64,000 nt of DNA from Bacteroidota bacterium. Lineage in GTDB: Bacteria > Bacteroidota > Bacteroidia > AKYH767-A > 2013-40CM-41-45. The position numbers and the translations under genes were made by a program. The stretch covers positions 1,247 to 65,246 of the forward strand of contig JAPLDA010000071.1 in assembly GCA_026391945.1 (NCBI GenBank). The letters run 5' to 3'. This document shows, in pieces, positions 60,664-64,000 of this stretch. Position 1 is the stretch's first letter; every line of letters begins with the position of its first letter. The notes under the pieces are model-generated. The model was not told the origin of the DNA. It worked only from the letters and a program-made list of their open reading frames with translations, and did no database searches.

Positions 60664-60963
60664 TCACTTATTATTTTGCGTGTTGATCAGCATGACACTT
60701 CTGTCGATTTCGCCGATCATCTCATTGATCTTCTGTTTCATCCCGGTAATACTCCTGTGGCTGCGGTTTCTCTCTTCTTCCTTCAGGTTCAGCATCCCTT
60801 CTTCGATGCGAAGGTGGCGCTGTTTTTCCTCGTCCAGTTCCAGTTCCAGTTTCCGGTTTAACCCCACCAGTTTTTGATTTTCTGATTTGAGTTCTTTATG
60901 CAAAGATATTAATTTTTGAATCCGCCTTTCGAGCTCATCAAATTTTGTTTTCAGTTCGGGCAT
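60664..60963 (-). CDS. ZapB-like coiled-coil protein
   Basis: All coiled coil; C-terminal KINEMIGEIDRSV.LI; directly upstream of zapA. Confidence 0.75.
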   Translation of the reverse strand: MPELKTKFDELERRIQKLISLHKELKSENQKLVGLNRKLELELDEEKQRHLRIEEGMLNLKEEERNRSHRSITGMKQKINEMIGEIDRSVMLINTQNNK

Positions 60964-61110
60964 GACGTCTGTTTTTTAATACAGCGGGTAATCAACTGCC
61001 ACCGCTTGTAATAGTAAGTACAAATAACAGAAAAATATTTGAATCATCACATAAATTATTAACACCCATTGTTCACATTATCAGGAAAATGGATTATTGG
61101 GGTGAAGTGA

Positions 61111-61172
61111 CAGCAGGCAGTCGGCTATCTTCAGTTCACAGTCGGCAGTCAAACTACGGACTGTGAACTGAG
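61111..61172. repeat. Facing heptamer tracts (CAG core, then ACT core) forming a 13-bp inverted repeat
   Basis: TCAGTTCACAGTC at 61131-61143 and GACTGTGAACTGA at 61159-61171. Confidence 0.8.
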
Positions 61173-61239
61173 GATTTTATTATTACTTCTTTCCGAATAC
61201 ATTGAGCTATACTCACGTTAAATTATTTTCTTTGCGCAC

Positions 61240-62961
61240 ATGAATAAGAGAAACTTCTTTACACTTTTGATTCTGACCATGATGTCGGCTCAATTGGAAG
61301 CACAGCATAACACGAAAAATTATTTTTCTGCTCCCCTCGACTCTACCCTCAGGCTGATCGGGACATTCGGGGAAATCCGCCATGATCACTTTCACTCCGG
61401 CATCGACCTCAGCACCGATCAGCAGGAAGGAAAAAATGTACATGCCGCCGCAGATGGTTATGTGTCAAGGATTAAAATTGCTGCTGGAGGATTTGGAAAA
61501 GCCATTTACATCACACATCCAAACGGAATGGTAACGGTGTATGCTCATCTCAAAAAATTCAGAAACGATGTTCAGCAATATGTCGTTGCTCATCAGTATG
61601 AACAGAAATCATATGAAATCGAACTTCCGCTTAAACCTAAAGAGTTCAAAGTCAAAAAAGGAGAAGTCATTGCCTTATCAGGAAGTTCCGGTGACGTGAG
61701 CGGGCCTCACCTTCACTTTGAAATAAGGGATGGCGCTACGGAAGAACCTGTGAACCCTTTGCTTTTCGGTTTTGAAATTCAGGATACCATACCGCCGGTG
61801 ATTTCGGCCATCAGAGTTTTTCCGGTTCCCGGACAGGGAATCCTTAGTAACAGCGACACGGCAGCAGATTACTATGTTCAAAAATATGATAAGATGAATA
61901 CGATCAATACACCAGACAACATCCAGGTTTTCGGGAACATAGGCTTTGGAATTGAAGTGACCGATTACGAACAAAATTCGGAAGCTGCTTTGGGTATTTA
62001 TTCTGTTCAGTTGAAAGTAGATTCGACCATCGTGTATGAGTATAAAATGGATAAGTTCAATTTCAATGATACGCGTTATGTGAATGCACACATAGATTAC
62101 GCTTCACGCATCCGGAACAACCTCACCATACAACGATGCTTCCGGCTTCCGGGAAATCATCTGAAAATTTATCCCGACACCAACAAAAGAGGGTATGTGA
62201 ATTTTGCAGATGACGCAGCCCACAATATTGAATTCACCACCAGCGATTTCAACGGAAACAAATCAACATTGATTTTCCCTGTTATCAGCAACCCGTTGTT
62301 CGCCCAGTTGCCGTACGAGCCGGTTCCGGAGGGAGCTGTCCTCGTCACGCCTTTCAAAGGAATTGCCATTCATAAACCCAACGTGGAGATTGTGATTCCG
62401 ACTGGTGCCGTGTATGACAATTACCAGTTTCTTTCTTCCGAATCTCCTCTCCGGGAAAACATGATCACACCCGTTTATCATGTTGGCGACAAAACGGAAG
62501 CGGTACACAATGCGATCACGGTCGGCATCAAACCTGAACATTTTCCTGATTCGATGAAGGCAAAAGCTGCGATCATTTCTTTTGACCGGTACGGAAACCA
62601 AACCTATGAAGGAGGAACCTGGAAGAATGGATTTCTTACGGCACAGGTCAGGCATTTCGGTGACTTTACGATGGCTTTGGATACCACTCCTCCATCCGTC
62701 ACGAAAGAATATTTCCCGGCTGATCTGAACAGTTCAAGAGGAGCGCTGGTTCAGTTTACAGTGACGGATAACCTTTCAGGAATAAAAGATTATTATGCTG
62801 AAGTCGATGGTAAATGGCTGCTGATGGAATACAATAAGAGAGAAAATCTCATCAGCGGCGACATTTCTGCTTTCCCTCAGAACAACCAGCATCACATCGT
62901 TGTAAAAGTGACGGATGAAAAAGGAAATGAAAGGACGTTGAGTGATTCATTTTATTATTAG
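61240..62961 (+). CDS. M23 family metallopeptidase
   Basis: FGEIRHDHFHSGID, YAHL, GPHLHFEIR. Confidence 0.92.
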   Translation: MNKRNFFTLLILTMMSAQLEAQHNTKNYFSAPLDSTLRLIGTFGEIRHDHFHSGIDLSTDQQEGKNVHAAADGYVSRIKIAAGGFGKAIYITHPNGMVTVYAHLKKFRNDVQQYVVAHQYEQKSYEIELPLKPKEFKVKKGEVIALSGSSGDVSGPHLHFEIRDGATEEPVNPLLFGFEIQDTIPPVISAIRVFPVPGQGILSNSDTAADYYVQKYDKMNTINTPDNIQVFGNIGFGIEVTDYEQNSEAALGIYSVQLKVDSTIVYEYKMDKFNFNDTRYVNAHIDYASRIRNNLTIQRCFRLPGNHLKIYPDTNKRGYVNFADDAAHNIEFTTSDFNGNKSTLIFPVISNPLFAQLPYEPVPEGAVLVTPFKGIAIHKPNVEIVIPTGAVYDNYQFLSSESPLRENMITPVYHVGDKTEAVHNAITVGIKPEHFPDSMKAKAAIISFDRYGNQTYEGGTWKNGFLTAQVRHFGDFTMALDTTPPSVTKEYFPADLNSSRGALVQFTVTDNLSGIKDYYAEVDGKWLLMEYNKRENLISGDISAFPQNNQHHIVVKVTDEKGNERTLSDSFYY

Positions 62962-62993
62962 ACGATGGTGACGGTGGGGTTTCAGGAAAAGGA

Positions 62994-63081
62994 GTCAAGA
63001 ACCAAGAGGGAAGAATCAAGAGTTAAGAATTAAGAAACGGGAGACGATGAACAACGGACGATGTCAGACAGTGGACAATGG
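62994..63081. repeat. Degenerate heptamer tracts (AAGA x6, then GACRRTG-like units)
   Basis: AAGA at 62997, 63004, 63011, 63018, 63025, 63032. Confidence 0.8.
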
Positions 63082-63111
63082 TTAGTAGTCTTTCAAATAA
63101 AAAAAAATTCG

Positions 63112-63501
63112 ATGAAAGAATTCATGTTCCTCATCCGGAATGCAGGAGATCAGAAATCTGCACATGCTCCCGGCCAGCACAGGGAGTTCCTGGAAAAATG
63201 TGAAGTGTATATCTCCACTCTGAAAAAAGAAGGGAGACTGATCTCAGCACAGCCGGTGGAAAGGCAAGGAAAGATCATTTCAGGATCAAATGGAAAATGG
63301 AAGGAAGAACCTTTCACGATTAAAAAAGAAATGTGGGTTGGATATTATCACATCCTCGCCGACGACCTGGAAGAAGCTGTTGCCATAGCGAAAAAAAATC
63401 CCGAATTTGAATACGGAACAATGGCCAGCATCGAAGTCAGGCCGTTAAAGATGATGGAAGTGACGACGGGGTTTGTGTATCCATCAATGCCCAGGAATTA
63501 A
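63112..63501 (+). CDS. YciI/DGPF-like protein
   Basis: MKEFMFLIR, PF...KE..VGYY.I.A..LEEA..IAK.P, IEVRP. The extension to 63061 is repeat-derived. Confidence 0.85.
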   Translation: MKEFMFLIRNAGDQKSAHAPGQHREFLEKCEVYISTLKKEGRLISAQPVERQGKIISGSNGKWKEEPFTIKKEMWVGYYHILADDLEEAVAIAKKNPEFEYGTMASIEVRPLKMMEVTTGFVYPSMPRN

Positions 63502-63511
63502 TTCGTGGCAT

Positions 63512-64000
63512 TCACCCCTTCACCATCGTTTCAAATTTGTTGAGTGTTGCCTTGCCCACGCTCACGAGCGGAAGCCGCACATGTTCCGAACAAATGTTCA
63601 TCACACTCAGCAAACCTTTTACTCCGGAAGGATTTCCATCCACGAAAATGGCATGCGTGATTTCCATCAGTTTGAAATTCAGTTTACGCGCTTTGTCGAA
63701 ATTTCCTTCCATGGCATTTCTCACCATTTCAGAAAAATCTTTGGGATAGGCATTGGCAATTACTGAAATCACACCATCACCTCCACAGGCAATCAAAGGA
63801 AGTGTTAGCGCATCATCCCCGCTGATAACAAGGAAATCTTTTGGTTTGCCCTTCAGGATGCGCATCACTTTCTCGAGGTTACCGGAAGCTTCTTTGATGC
63901 CGACGATGTTTTTTATTTCATGAGCCAGTTCCAGAGTCGTTTCTGCATCGATGTTGCTCCCCGTACGTGCCGGAACATTGTATAAAATAACCGGAACGGG
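63512..64000 (-). CDS. dapA: 4-hydroxy-tetrahydrodipicolinate synthase, 3' part (5' end outside the window)
   Basis: Minus frame is open to the window edge: ILYNVPARTG, IVGIKEASG (Schiff-base Lys), SGDD, GVISV, NP, RLPL. Confidence 0.95.
   Translation of the reverse strand, partial: PVPVILYNVPARTGSNIDAETTLELAHEIKNIVGIKEASGNLEKVMRILKGKPKDFLVISGDDALTLPLIACGGDGVISVIANAYPKDFSEMVRNAMEGNFDKARKLNFKLMEITHAIFVDGNPSGVKGLLSVMNICSEHVRLPLVSVGKATLNKFETMVKG

Overview
A 64 kb, gene-dense chromosomal segment from a Bacteroidota bacterium. The assignment rests on TAnnTTTG promoters, type IX secretion cargo, the tmRNA tag GNTNYALAA and the conserved parA-parB-DUF5683-dapB-lepB and zapA-6S-rny gene orders. It is mostly housekeeping. 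In order it holds: a System II cytochrome c maturation locus (CcsBA/NrfI-like, two NrfJ-like repeat proteins, a TPR lipoprotein), tmRNA, thrABC, a SiaB-SiaC-PP2C phospho-switch with no siaD, parAB, an ECF sigma factor with a small partner, a 14.5 kb Wzx/Wzy polysaccharide locus directly behind rny, 6S RNA, zapA with a ZapB-like gene, and the 3' part of dapA. I saw no prophage, integrase, transposase or CRISPR array. Best leads: (1) a two-copy, modular, structured non-coding element with compensatory base changes (about 42.6 and 59.9 kb), with related palindromes inside 6S RNA; (2) six period-7 repeat tracts, one inside a coding gene; (3) His/Tyr/Met-conserving NrfJ-like repeat proteins next to CcsBA; (4) the Sia module with no known output; (5) four local lesions (in-frame TAA, thrC deletion, catalytic Ser to Ala, RNase Y Leu to Pro) that could be real or assembly errors. 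All family calls come from motif recognition by eye, not database searches.
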